In this document: piece by piece, positions 19,871 through 29,948 of the stretch | Numbering within the stretch: the first letter of the stretch is position 1 | Layout: the number at the start of each line of letters is the position of its first letter | DNA from: a virus | Taxonomy: Duplodnaviria > Caudoviricetes | IMG/VR virus record: IMGVR_UViG_3300028591_000103 | Location: 1 to 64,000 of that record | DNA: 64,000 nt | Strand: one strand, 5' to 3' | Program-made: the position numbers and the translations under genes | The notes under the pieces: model-generated | Seen by the model: only the letters and a program-made list of their open reading frames with translations | What the model was told of the DNA's origin: nothing | Database searches by the model: none

Positions 19871-20428
19871 ATGGAAGAAACCAAAATCGTTTTCAAATCC
19901 CCATGTACAAATTGTTTATGCAAAAGATGTGTAGATTGTACACAAGAACATTGTGATGATTGTGAAGCATTGAGTCCAATTCATGAATGTGATGGATTCA
20001 AATCACACACGATCAATGATCTTCGTGATGAATTGTGGCAATTCATTCATGCGGTCATGGTTGATGAAGTTGAAGCAAGTAAAGAAAAGAGAGAACTGAA
20101 ATATCCGGAATATGCTGGTATGCGATCTATTTCTGTAAAATTCGAGAATTTGACTCAGTACGCGACTTCTATTAAACTTTACAGTGATTCTAGAATCCGA
20201 TTCTCTATTATCATAAATTCAAATGAAGACGGCAGTGAATGGTGGTTCACAAAGCCGAGAACAAACAAACGAAACATCGATGAAATACCAGATCTCGAAA
20301 CTCCACAGAAGCAACATTTTATGAATAAAATCATTGGCATCATCGAAAAGTATATTGGTTGCTCATATGATGAACGTATCAAACGTACAGAACTACAGAC
20401 GACATTCAAACAAACGAAGGGGAATTGA
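19871..20428 (+). CDS. Hypothetical protein with Cys-rich N-terminus
   Basis: GGAGG RBS; CTNCLCKRCVDCTQEHCDDC...C metal-binding-like segment. Confidence 0.65.
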   Translation: MEETKIVFKSPCTNCLCKRCVDCTQEHCDDCEALSPIHECDGFKSHTINDLRDELWQFIHAVMVDEVEASKEKRELKYPEYAGMRSISVKFENLTQYATSIKLYSDSRIRFSIIINSNEDGSEWWFTKPRTNKRNIDEIPDLETPQKQHFMNKIIGIIEKYIGCSYDERIKRTELQTTFKQTKGN

Positions 20429-20429
20429 T

Positions 20430-20858
20430 ATGATCTTCAATTTTCAAAATAAAGAATGTCTCACCGAGTTATTATATTACTCGATTATCAATAGAATCAT
20501 TGTTAAAATGATTCCGCCGAAAACATCAAACAATTTCAGATTAGCATCCATTAATGACATATATAATCATGACGACACATATGTCAAAAAAGGAATGCTT
20601 CTGTATAAGAATGAAACAAAAGATCCCAAAAATCTGCAACCAATTTTATCCATATGCATGGATGAAGAACGTGTTTGTGTTTCCATGACTGGTATCGCGG
20701 AAAATCTCGGAATTGTCATCGAGACTGTCGATGACGGAATTGGTGTTGACTTTAAGGGTATAGAAGATCCGGAGCTAAAAAGTGATGAAAGAAATGCTGC
20801 CGAATTCATATATGATATCGTCAAAGCCGCGTTGACAGAGCTTGCGGAACATTTCTAA
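20430..20858 (+). CDS. Hypothetical protein
   Basis: AAGGGGA RBS; 142 aa. Confidence 0.65.
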   Translation: MIFNFQNKECLTELLYYSIINRIIVKMIPPKTSNNFRLASINDIYNHDDTYVKKGMLLYKNETKDPKNLQPILSICMDEERVCVSMTGIAENLGIVIETVDDGIGVDFKGIEDPELKSDERNAAEFIYDIVKAALTELAEHF

Positions 20859-20915
20859 ACATATTACTCCGAGATAAGTCTCATAAGGGACTAATACATC
20901 AAAGGAGTGAAAAAT

Positions 20916-21869
20916 ATGTTAAAGAAATTCAAACCTCGGTTCACAAAACCGGAACGTGGAAACCCATTCTACAACACAATCACCAATGGAGGGTACTCAA
21001 CTGCCATTGTTGGTTGTCCAACCGATCCGGATTGTAATGTGCTCGCGAACTGTGTTGGGTATGCTTTCGGCAGATTCAACGAGATTTCCAACAATACAAA
21101 GATGACTTTGTTGGAACCTCGGAATGCTGAAAAGTTCTACGACATTGCACTTGCACAAGGTTTGACTGTTGACCAGAAACCGAGAATTGGTTCTGTTATG
21201 GTATGGCAGAAAGGACCGACACGTGATCCATCTGGAAAAGATGGTGCGGGACATGTTGCTGTTGTCGAGCAAGTCGTCAGTGAAACAGAAGTCATCACAT
21301 CCGAATCCGGTTATGGTTGTGCATCACCTTTCTGGACACAGACCAGAAAGAAAGCAGATGGAAACTGGGGAGCTGGTGGTGATTACAAGTTCCTTGGATT
21401 TATTCATCATCCGGAAATCGATGCAAATACGCAAATCGATACTGGTGGAGACACACCTGTACAACCGTATCTGGTAATGCTGACTGCAGGCACTCCGATT
21501 TATTCCATCAATGGAAAAGTTGTTGTTCAGGTTGGAACAATCACACAGACAACGAAATACACGATCGTTGACGAAACTGTTATCGACGATAAGAAGTATG
21601 GTAAGTTGAAGTCTGGAGCCGGATGGGTAATTCTCGGAGAAGAACCTGCACCCACACCTCCGTCTACTTTGAAAGAGGGAGACAGTGGCGATGATGTCAA
21701 GAAACTCCAAGAGAAATTGATATCACTCGGATTCATGTCCAAGGGTGAGAACGATGGTGTTTATGGAAAACTCACATTCTCCGGTGTTGCTGGATATCAG
21801 CTGAAGAGTGGTCTGAAAGCAGACGGTGTTGCTGGACCTGCAACATTGAAATCTCTGAATCTGATTTAA
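20916..21869 (+). CDS. Endolysin: CHAP domain + SH3-like module + peptidoglycan-binding domain
   Basis: NCVGYA...GHVAVVE...SES CHAP motifs; YGKLKSGAGW; LKEGDSGDDVKKLQ...DGVYG...DGVAGPAT PG_binding_1 pattern. Confidence 0.9.
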   Translation: MLKKFKPRFTKPERGNPFYNTITNGGYSTAIVGCPTDPDCNVLANCVGYAFGRFNEISNNTKMTLLEPRNAEKFYDIALAQGLTVDQKPRIGSVMVWQKGPTRDPSGKDGAGHVAVVEQVVSETEVITSESGYGCASPFWTQTRKKADGNWGAGGDYKFLGFIHHPEIDANTQIDTGGDTPVQPYLVMLTAGTPIYSINGKVVVQVGTITQTTKYTIVDETVIDDKKYGKLKSGAGWVILGEEPAPTPPSTLKEGDSGDDVKKLQEKLISLGFMSKGENDGVYGKLTFSGVAGYQLKSGLKADGVAGPATLKSLNLI

Positions 21870-21879
21870 TGAAAATGAT

Positions 21880-21903
21880 ATGTGGGGGCTTTCGCCCCCA
21901 CAT
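21880..21903. terminator. Bidirectional terminator
   Basis: atgtgggggc tttc gcccccacat between convergent genes. Confidence 0.85.
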
Positions 21904-21919
21904 TCATCTTTATTTTTTT

Positions 21920-24900
21920 TTATGTCAGTAATCCAGCAAGTTGTTGTATTACCAGATCATCCATATATGTGAATTCGTCATCGTCGTCTTCCAAATAATC
22001 GGGTAGTTCATCAAATATCTGACCAACCAATTCCTGAATATGTGGGACTTCAATGTTGTAATCATTCACAAGTAAATCATCAATATATTCCAATACAGAT
22101 GTCTCTGTGTATTGTGTATATTGATTAACGATTACTGGTGGTTGAGCATATTCATCATACATTGGATAATCGATAAGCGGATTTGCATCCAATGGAGGAA
22201 TATACATCGGAGAAACAAACTGAGAACCATTTGAATTATTCAATGAATTCATGAATGCATTCATAGGTGCGGGATCATAAAATTCAGGAACAAAACCAAC
22301 ATCTGGTGCATCACCACTACCACGGAGTTGTTTATAATAATTCTCTGCAGCGGTATGGCGATCATTGATACCGGACATTCCCATCCATGGGTATGCCCTT
22401 GCAACAGCTTCATCAGAATTATATCCTGTACCTGCTTCATATCTCCATAAGAACCATTGGTTTGCCTCTGTCGGTGTTCTTGAATTGGATATCTTCTGGA
22501 ACAAAGAAACATTGCCAACCTTAGACTTTTTCAATGTGTTTGTAACAGAGTCAAGTTGTGCACCAACGTCAGCAATTGATTTACCTTTCTCAACAGAATT
22601 CTCATACAATTCTTTCTTCAAATTCGAAGATGTGAATTGTGTCAAACCATAACCAACAGCTTCACCAGGAGTTTGTCCAGATCTACATGTTGCGTATCTA
22701 CCATAGATGAAGTTCTTCTTTGATTCTTGCTTGCTATCTACTTTCGATGTATATTGTTCATCGGTCAATCCGAATTGCGAGTTGTAGCTATCTTCCAAGT
22801 TATTCGGTTTCAATCCGGATTCGTATTTCATACATCCCATCATACCAGCAGCACCAGGACCAGACATGCCTTTGTTTTTGGTCATGTAATTGTAGATCTG
22901 TGCTTCAACGGTATTTCCTGATATCTTTGATGATGATGACTTTGTACTCTTTTTGGATTTACTACTACTCTTCTTCGTTGTAGTTTTCTTTTTGGTTTTC
23001 TTTTTTCCACTTGTAACTTTTACATTTGATCTGGTTCCTGTTGTCTTAACACTCTTGGCATTACCAACGAATCGGACACCAAATGCCATCGGAGCACCGG
23101 TAATAGCACCAGTCTGTTTGTCGTAATAATGTCCTTCTGATTGGATGGATGGTGAGCTGGCTGGAGGTACTTCATTATTCTCCAGATAATATTCTGCCAA
23201 ACGGACTGAATTCGCCATGGAGTCATTACGACCGCCATTGAATCCTAACCATTGTCCACTACCTTTGAATATTGGCTGATGTCCATGCACGTTTGTACCA
23301 CGACCTGCAAACCAAATATCACCAGGTTGGACGCCATCTGACGGATATATGATTTTCCAATCTTTAGATTTCTTTCCGTTTTTGTCAAAGATGTTTGGTC
23401 TTCCGTCACTGTTGTCCATACCCCATGATTCTGAACCACCACCGATTGTTGCACGCATGAAATCATTTCCTTGGTAGGTTGATGTATATGCTTTTCCACC
23501 GGAAGGAAGATAATAACCCATACGTTTTACAATTGCTGCCATCATAGACATACAAAATGTGCACGAGATTTTGTCAATTACAAAACCATCAGGGAATTTG
23601 ATTCCATTCAATAATGAAGTACCGTTCCACAATAACGGTTTCTTATTGTTTGCAATCCAGGAATAATAGAAGACTTCCGCACCTGCACGTATTGGATCCA
23701 TCTTTGCAGACGTATATTTTCCATTCTTCGCAGCTTTTGCTGTTACAGTTTTTCTCTTACCAGATGACTTCTTGGAAGATGATGATTTACCAGAAGACCT
23801 ACCAGAAGATTTGCCACCTTTACCGACATAACGGATTGTACGAACAGCACCGTCACTGACACCCATTGCCCAGTACCATGGAATATCCTTTTCTCCATTC
23901 AGATAAGCCTTTGCAGCTTTACCAGATTGAACAAGATTTCTAGTACCACCTGCATCAAGACCCTGTAAACTATTTGGATTTGATACAACAATTGGCAATG
24001 AGATATGACCGCCACTCGAAGTAATATCACCTGGCTGCATATCATTTGCACTTGTGGGTTTGACAATCCAGTCTTTGGAAAGTTTTGTACATTCTTTATC
24101 ATCATAAATGAAGTTGTTCTCCAATGGGCTTCTTGCAATTGTATTATGACAAACCCATGGTTCATCCTTCATGTGATATCCGAATGCAGTAATCGACGCT
24201 GTCACCATACCAGAACAGTCTGTACGAGCTGTAACAGATTGACCATCTCTGGTTGTGAATGTGGTGTATCCGGAGTTATTATAAGTCGGATATCCATTTT
24301 TTGCATCATAATAACCTTCGAACACTTTTGCTGCTGTTTCGATCCACGCATTTGTTCCACCCTTTGATGTCGTTCTTGTATTCGAAACTTTTCCTTTTCT
24401 GGTGTTGCCTGTTGAACGCAAAGTGGATGTTCTCGTACCGGCAGCGGTCCTCTTTGTTGAAACGCGTTTTCCTCCTGCACGTCTGTTGTTAGACGAAGAT
24501 CCACCCTTTCCTCCAAGGAATCTCCAGATCTTCCTCATGGCAGGCATGCCACCATTTGTAACCCATGGGATATTTTTGTCACCTTTTAAATATGCCACAG
24601 CGGCAGCTGGCGATTGTCCTATGCCACTACCACCATCAAGTCCCTTTGGACTTGTTGTCAAATCAACGATAGGCATTGTCAAGTGTCCACTTAATTGTCC
24701 AGGGGGAGGAGGAAATGCGGTAATATCACCAGGTTCCAATTTCGATTGCGCATAATCAAGAACCATCCAGTCTTTAGATGGTGTTGTAGCATTCTCAGAA
24801 TCGTAGATCAATGTATTCTTTGTCTGTATACCCCATGTACCAGAACGAATACCTTCATCACCAGGATTGACTCCATTTACTTTCAAAACGTATCCGAGTT

Positions 24901-27900
24901 CTTGAATCGCTGCAGACATTGTACCAGAACAGTCCGGACGAATCTTTCTTGTATGACCAGATCGTGTTGTGATTGGTTTATCCCACACCAAGTTGCTGTA
25001 TGTCAATGCAGGATTTGTCTTTTGATACGCTTCAAAGATTTCTGCCGCAGAACGAATCAGATCTTCTTTTCCACCAGTAGCGTTGCGTAAACGAGATTTA
25101 CTCGATTTTACTCTTCGACGACCACCCTTTGGACCAACATAACGGATGACAATACCTTGATTGTAACCGTCTGCCGACATCGTTGCGACTTCAGAATCAG
25201 TCATGGATGGATCTTCATCCGGCATACATCCATGCGATAAATAATATTTAGCAAGTTTAAGGCTACGTGCTTCCTGTTGATTATCTCCGAGCGGGTTACT
25301 ACCATTGAAACCATACCAGTTACCATTCCAACAATATGCTGCCATGTGGGCATGCCATGCCAGAGTATCATCATGACAGTTTATTGCCTGAGATGGTAAT
25401 GAAATATCACCTGGTTGATAGTCACTTGGGTTCTTAAGAATAACCCAATCTTCAGATTTTGTTCCATCTCGATTAAAAATATTCGGATGTCCATCGGCGT
25501 TTTCAAGACCCCAACCGTTGTTCTTTCCGTTTGCAGAAATCATTCCGACATCACCTTGATACGTGTCGGTATATGGCTTACCACCAGACGGAAGATAATA
25601 ACCCATACGTTTCACGATTGCTGCCTGTGTACCAGTACACATCATAGAAACTTGGTCGATTGTAAAGCCATCATCAAATGTAACATTACTGATCCATGCA
25701 CCATGTGCTGAACTGGTAGCATGATCCTTAGCAGCTTTTTCGATTGCAACGAATGTTTCTGCGGCTGCTGTCAGAATGTCACCAGCTTCTCCAGTGTAAT
25801 AGTATCCGTCTTCATCATAGTATTCATCATCACCATAATCAAGTGAATCAAACCAGTTACCCATGATTTGTTCGAAGTCACCATACTTGACCTCATCTGC
25901 AGCAGATGATGAAGATTTCATGAAGGATGACATAATACCGTCTTCATTCATCGCATCATTGATAACAGATGTTGCACCAGCGTCTGAACCATCAGCAATT
26001 GATTTTACTTTGGTTAATACTTCTTCTTTTGCTGCTTGTGCCCAATACTTCATCTTTTCCTTCTCATATCTTTGACGATATGATTGATCAGATTCTTCAT
26101 GGAACTGACTTTTTCCTTGGGCATTCTTGAATAATTCGAAAGCTCTATCATCGATTTTCTTCTGTTCCTCTTCTGTCAAACCAGAAGCATCGATTACAGC
26201 TTGATTGAAATCTTCTTTTCCTTTCGCTTTCTCGAGTTTTGTTTCCAGGTCATCCGATCCTGCTGAAGTAAACATGGAGATGATACCAGTTCCAATACTC
26301 TTCAAACGGGACAACGATTCCTGAACATCCTCGTCAAATTTGTATGGTGCCTTCTCATCACCGGAACCAATTATACCCTCCATCGGTGAACCATGATATT
26401 CTTCCGGTTGTGCAACCTTTTTGTTCAATTCCTTTTCTGCGGAATCAGGATTTCCTTCAGCTTCAGCAACTGTTGTAAGTGTTCCTATCATATGTCCAGC
26501 CAATTCGACACTCTTCTGCATACCGGACTTTATGTTCTGAGCACCCGACGTGGTCATGTTCTTGCCCATATCAAATAATTTCTTACCTGTCTCAATTGTA
26601 CTGTCACTATGAGCAAACCATTTTACCAGAACACCGACAGCAATTAAATTTGCTCCAATTCCAGTAATGATAACACCCATGCCTACTTGAACAATTCCCA
26701 TGATAATCTCGAGCGTATTTCCGATTACTTGCAAGATAGGTACGATGACTGTTTGAAGAACTGCTGTGAGAGGAACGATCAGAATGTCAACCAATCCTGT
26801 TATCATTTCTAAGATTGGTTCAAGGACCTTCATAATCTGTTCAAGCAACGGACCGATCGTCTCTAGTATCGGTTTTATAAATTCGATAACAGTTTCTGCG
26901 ATTTGAACGATATAATCCATAATTTGTCTTAATACATTTGCCACTGTTTTCATGAGTGGTTTAATTGCCTTATACAAACTCTGGAAAGCTTTGTTCAAAG
27001 GCTGTAAAGCTGTTTTCAAAACTTTCATTCCGAGATCCATGATTTTCTTGACAGCGGTCAATGACATTACAACCGTCAAAACAGCCTTTGCAATTCCTGC
27101 AAGAATACTCGTAATTCCTCCAAGAATCTTACCAAGATCAAATCCCAAACCCTTTGTCTTTTTTGTTGCTTTTTTCTTCTTTGCAGCTTCTTGTTTTTGG
27201 CGTTCATCCGCTTCAGCTTCAGCAACACCGCCAAACCATTTCGAGATCGATGAAGCCAGATCATCGAGAGCTTTCACAAATGAAGCAAACACTGATGTTG
27301 CATACGGCTGCTTCAATAAATCATTAACAGCATCAGACTTTTGATCAGCCAATGATGATGCAACGATTTTTGAATGTGAACCGATCTTCTTATCAAACGC
27401 ATCAACAAATCCTTGGCCGAATTCAGTCTTTGATAATGATTCTTTCAATTTATCAAATGCTTTCGACGATTTCTTTGTTGATGATTGTCTTGATTGTAAT
27501 GCGGACTCATCCAATGATTCCATTGTAGGTGTATCAGAAGACTCTTTCGATTTACCAAATCGATCTTTGATTCTTTCTCCAATACCTTTGAATCCTTCCA
27601 TCATGACTTCTTTTCCACGTTTGATTTGATTCAAAGATTCTTTCAATTGATTTGTGACGATATTCACTTTTGATGTCAAGAAAGATTTAATACCGGAGAT
27701 TGCTCCAGAGAGAAATGTCTTTGCAAGACCGAAAACAAATAGGAGAGATTTTCCTAATAATGATTGTGGTTGTTTCTTTCGTTTTCCTCTAGAAATAACA
27801 CCATCAACGGTTTTCTTCAGTCTTGCTTTTTGTTTTGGATCATGGACGTCTTCAATTCGTGCTTGAAGTTTCACTTCATCTTCTTCTGAAGCTCCTTCAA

Positions 27901-29872
27901 CTTGTTCACTTGCTTTCAGACTTGCCATGACCTCATTTGTTTTTTCTGAATCTTCTTCTTTGTCAGATAACATGTCTTTCACGCCATCTGTCATAGAATC
28001 GACAAGCATTTTTGCATCTGTCTTTAATTTTGCTTTTTCTTTGTTTACCAACGTTTTTACAGGATTATTTATCAATGGACTTGATGCAGGAAGTGACATT
28101 GTTCCGGATGCGATATCAATGATTGGAATATCCATGACACCAACATCAGGCATTGGTGTCTGTGCTTTTGGTTCTTTTGGTTTATCCAAGGTCATGTTAT
28201 AAACATTAATGCCTTTATTCAAACGCGTAAAGATATCATTGATAATCACCTGTATATCGACAGAACGAGAAAGAATCGATGTACCCATTGATTCTGTATT
28301 GGCTCGTTCTAATTGTGCATAGAAGTCTTCATATCCATTAATCTTCTTATCGTAATTCTTCAGATCATCTATAGAAAGAGAAGCTTTATCGATAACACCT
28401 TCATTGACCAATTGACGTAAAGTCTTTCCATCGTATTCGAAGCGTTTGGAATCTTGTGATAAACGTAATCTCAAACGTCTATCAAATGCTTCTTGTGTCA
28501 GAACCATTCGTTCCGTTCCATCCATAACACCAGCTTGCTTAATTCCCGCCACATCCAATTTATGTAAACAAGAATTAACTGAAGTCACGAATTGTTCACG
28601 ATAGGCTTTATTCAATTGAAGCTTTGTGGATATAATGTCAATGATATTTTCCCAATATTCTTTGTTATGACCTTTTTCTTCACAGAGAATTTTGACAACG
28701 TGATCATATATAACAGGATCACCACCGTTTGCAATATCACTTGCTTTCAGATTGTTATCTGTACTGCGATACATGATATACACATATTGTGATATAATTG
28801 CACGTTGGACTTCCTTTACATCTGCAGAACGAAGTTCGGGTTCTTTTTGTTTTGATTGATTTGTGATATCATTGATATGAACATCTCTGATATTTGAGAT
28901 ATTGAATGTCACATCAATCACACGCTCGAATTTATTTGACGTATCTGTCGTCAAATTACCATGTCCATTGATTGCAAGGTTCTTTCCTGTCAATGCCGTT
29001 GTGATTGCACGTAAATACCCAGGAATTATATTCACAATTGTTTTTCGTGTCATTCCATCGAATATAGCTGGGTCTTTTGTATATTCATTATTGATGTATC
29101 TGGAATAATCTGTATTTCCCCGATCATTCAGATTAAAGAACTTTTTCACAGCAGGAATATTAAGAAACTTTGTCAAGATATTGTTTTGAAAAGCTTGGAT
29201 CTTGTCCGAAATCATCCGGTCTAGTTCACCAAGTTTCGTACTTTGTAAAATGCTTCTCGCAGTGTGCTTTGCAACACCAGACTGATTCTGTTTGAAATAA
29301 TTCATCAAACTATTCACAGATAATTGGCCTTGATTATTGTAGATACTGTTATTTGCAATCTGTCTTAATCTGTCATTTTCACTTTTATTATATTCAATCA
29401 ATACATCCAAACGTTTTGAAATTTGATTCACCAAATCATTTGTTGTTTGTAATCTGGTGATAATCTCGGATGTACGGATATTGATATTCGTTATAATTTC
29501 AGATGAGGTTATGAGCTTTGCGTCTAATTTCTTCTTCTCAATGTCATATCGTGCTTTAGACTTTTCAGCTTCCAATTCCGCAAAATCATCTGCACTGATA
29601 ATGGAAGCTTGATATCCATCGGAATGCACACCGTCATCAAATTCATCATCATCAAAAGCACTATGATCTCCATAATCCTCATCACCATGTTTGAAATAAT
29701 CCATCGTCTTTCTGATTAAAACGTTATTGCGTTTCAATTCAGATACACGAGACGATGTTGTCTGGTAGCTATTCATTAATACATTGCGAATATTTTTGGA
29801 CTCTTGTTTCAATTTTACGATGGAATTGTACGTATTAGAACCGGACAAAAAATCTTGCAGGAGATTCGGCAT
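21920..29872 (-). CDS. Giant tail protein A (tape-measure-like) with four NlpC/P60-like domains and a phage tail lysozyme
   Basis: GAGAGGTGA RBS before ATG 29872. Amphipathic TMP-like helices; four Cys...PGDI...H domains; IYNYM...GAAGMMGCMKYESGL...GYGLTQFT lysozyme motif. Confidence 0.8.
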   Translation of the reverse strand: MPNLLQDFLSGSNTYNSIVKLKQESKNIRNVLMNSYQTTSSRVSELKRNNVLIRKTMDYFKHGDEDYGDHSAFDDDEFDDGVHSDGYQASIISADDFAELEAEKSKARYDIEKKKLDAKLITSSEIITNINIRTSEIITRLQTTNDLVNQISKRLDVLIEYNKSENDRLRQIANNSIYNNQGQLSVNSLMNYFKQNQSGVAKHTARSILQSTKLGELDRMISDKIQAFQNNILTKFLNIPAVKKFFNLNDRGNTDYSRYINNEYTKDPAIFDGMTRKTIVNIIPGYLRAITTALTGKNLAINGHGNLTTDTSNKFERVIDVTFNISNIRDVHINDITNQSKQKEPELRSADVKEVQRAIISQYVYIMYRSTDNNLKASDIANGGDPVIYDHVVKILCEEKGHNKEYWENIIDIISTKLQLNKAYREQFVTSVNSCLHKLDVAGIKQAGVMDGTERMVLTQEAFDRRLRLRLSQDSKRFEYDGKTLRQLVNEGVIDKASLSIDDLKNYDKKINGYEDFYAQLERANTESMGTSILSRSVDIQVIINDIFTRLNKGINVYNMTLDKPKEPKAQTPMPDVGVMDIPIIDIASGTMSLPASSPLINNPVKTLVNKEKAKLKTDAKMLVDSMTDGVKDMLSDKEEDSEKTNEVMASLKASEQVEGASEEDEVKLQARIEDVHDPKQKARLKKTVDGVISRGKRKKQPQSLLGKSLLFVFGLAKTFLSGAISGIKSFLTSKVNIVTNQLKESLNQIKRGKEVMMEGFKGIGERIKDRFGKSKESSDTPTMESLDESALQSRQSSTKKSSKAFDKLKESLSKTEFGQGFVDAFDKKIGSHSKIVASSLADQKSDAVNDLLKQPYATSVFASFVKALDDLASSISKWFGGVAEAEADERQKQEAAKKKKATKKTKGLGFDLGKILGGITSILAGIAKAVLTVVMSLTAVKKIMDLGMKVLKTALQPLNKAFQSLYKAIKPLMKTVANVLRQIMDYIVQIAETVIEFIKPILETIGPLLEQIMKVLEPILEMITGLVDILIVPLTAVLQTVIVPILQVIGNTLEIIMGIVQVGMGVIITGIGANLIAVGVLVKWFAHSDSTIETGKKLFDMGKNMTTSGAQNIKSGMQKSVELAGHMIGTLTTVAEAEGNPDSAEKELNKKVAQPEEYHGSPMEGIIGSGDEKAPYKFDEDVQESLSRLKSIGTGIISMFTSAGSDDLETKLEKAKGKEDFNQAVIDASGLTEEEQKKIDDRAFELFKNAQGKSQFHEESDQSYRQRYEKEKMKYWAQAAKEEVLTKVKSIADGSDAGATSVINDAMNEDGIMSSFMKSSSSAADEVKYGDFEQIMGNWFDSLDYGDDEYYDEDGYYYTGEAGDILTAAAETFVAIEKAAKDHATSSAHGAWISNVTFDDGFTIDQVSMMCTGTQAAIVKRMGYYLPSGGKPYTDTYQGDVGMISANGKNNGWGLENADGHPNIFNRDGTKSEDWVILKNPSDYQPGDISLPSQAINCHDDTLAWHAHMAAYCWNGNWYGFNGSNPLGDNQQEARSLKLAKYYLSHGCMPDEDPSMTDSEVATMSADGYNQGIVIRYVGPKGGRRRVKSSKSRLRNATGGKEDLIRSAAEIFEAYQKTNPALTYSNLVWDKPITTRSGHTRKIRPDCSGTMSAAIQELGYVLKVNGVNPGDEGIRSGTWGIQTKNTLIYDSENATTPSKDWMVLDYAQSKLEPGDITAFPPPPGQLSGHLTMPIVDLTTSPKGLDGGSGIGQSPAAAVAYLKGDKNIPWVTNGGMPAMRKIWRFLGGKGGSSSNNRRAGGKRVSTKRTAAGTRTSTLRSTGNTRKGKVSNTRTTSKGGTNAWIETAAKVFEGYYDAKNGYPTYNNSGYTTFTTRDGQSVTARTDCSGMVTASITAFGYHMKDEPWVCHNTIARSPLENNFIYDDKECTKLSKDWIVKPTSANDMQPGDITSSGGHISLPIVVSNPNSLQGLDAGGTRNLVQSGKAAKAYLNGEKDIPWYWAMGVSDGAVRTIRYVGKGGKSSGRSSGKSSSSKKSSGKRKTVTAKAAKNGKYTSAKMDPIRAGAEVFYYSWIANNKKPLLWNGTSLLNGIKFPDGFVIDKISCTFCMSMMAAIVKRMGYYLPSGGKAYTSTYQGNDFMRATIGGGSESWGMDNSDGRPNIFDKNGKKSKDWKIIYPSDGVQPGDIWFAGRGTNVHGHQPIFKGSGQWLGFNGGRNDSMANSVRLAEYYLENNEVPPASSPSIQSEGHYYDKQTGAITGAPMAFGVRFVGNAKSVKTTGTRSNVKVTSGKKKTKKKTTTKKSSSKSKKSTKSSSSKISGNTVEAQIYNYMTKNKGMSGPGAAGMMGCMKYESGLKPNNLEDSYNSQFGLTDEQYTSKVDSKQESKKNFIYGRYATCRSGQTPGEAVGYGLTQFTSSNLKKELYENSVEKGKSIADVGAQLDSVTNTLKKSKVGNVSLFQKISNSRTPTEANQWFLWRYEAGTGYNSDEAVARAYPWMGMSGINDRHTAAENYYKQLRGSGDAPDVGFVPEFYDPAPMNAFMNSLNNSNGSQFVSPMYIPPLDANPLIDYPMYDEYAQPPVIVNQYTQYTETSVLEYIDDLLVNDYNIEVPHIQELVGQIFDELPDYLEDDDDEFTYMDDLVIQQLAGLLT

Positions 29873-29906
29873 AGAAATCACCTCTCTTTCAATCATAATA
29901 GAATCG

Positions 29907-29930
29907 GTTGGGCTCATATGAGCCCAACCT
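29907..29930 (-). terminator. Palindromic hairpin/terminator between the giant genes
   Basis: ggttgggctc atat gagcccaacc. Confidence 0.6.
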
Positions 29931-29948
29931 CATCTACGTTATATTCAG

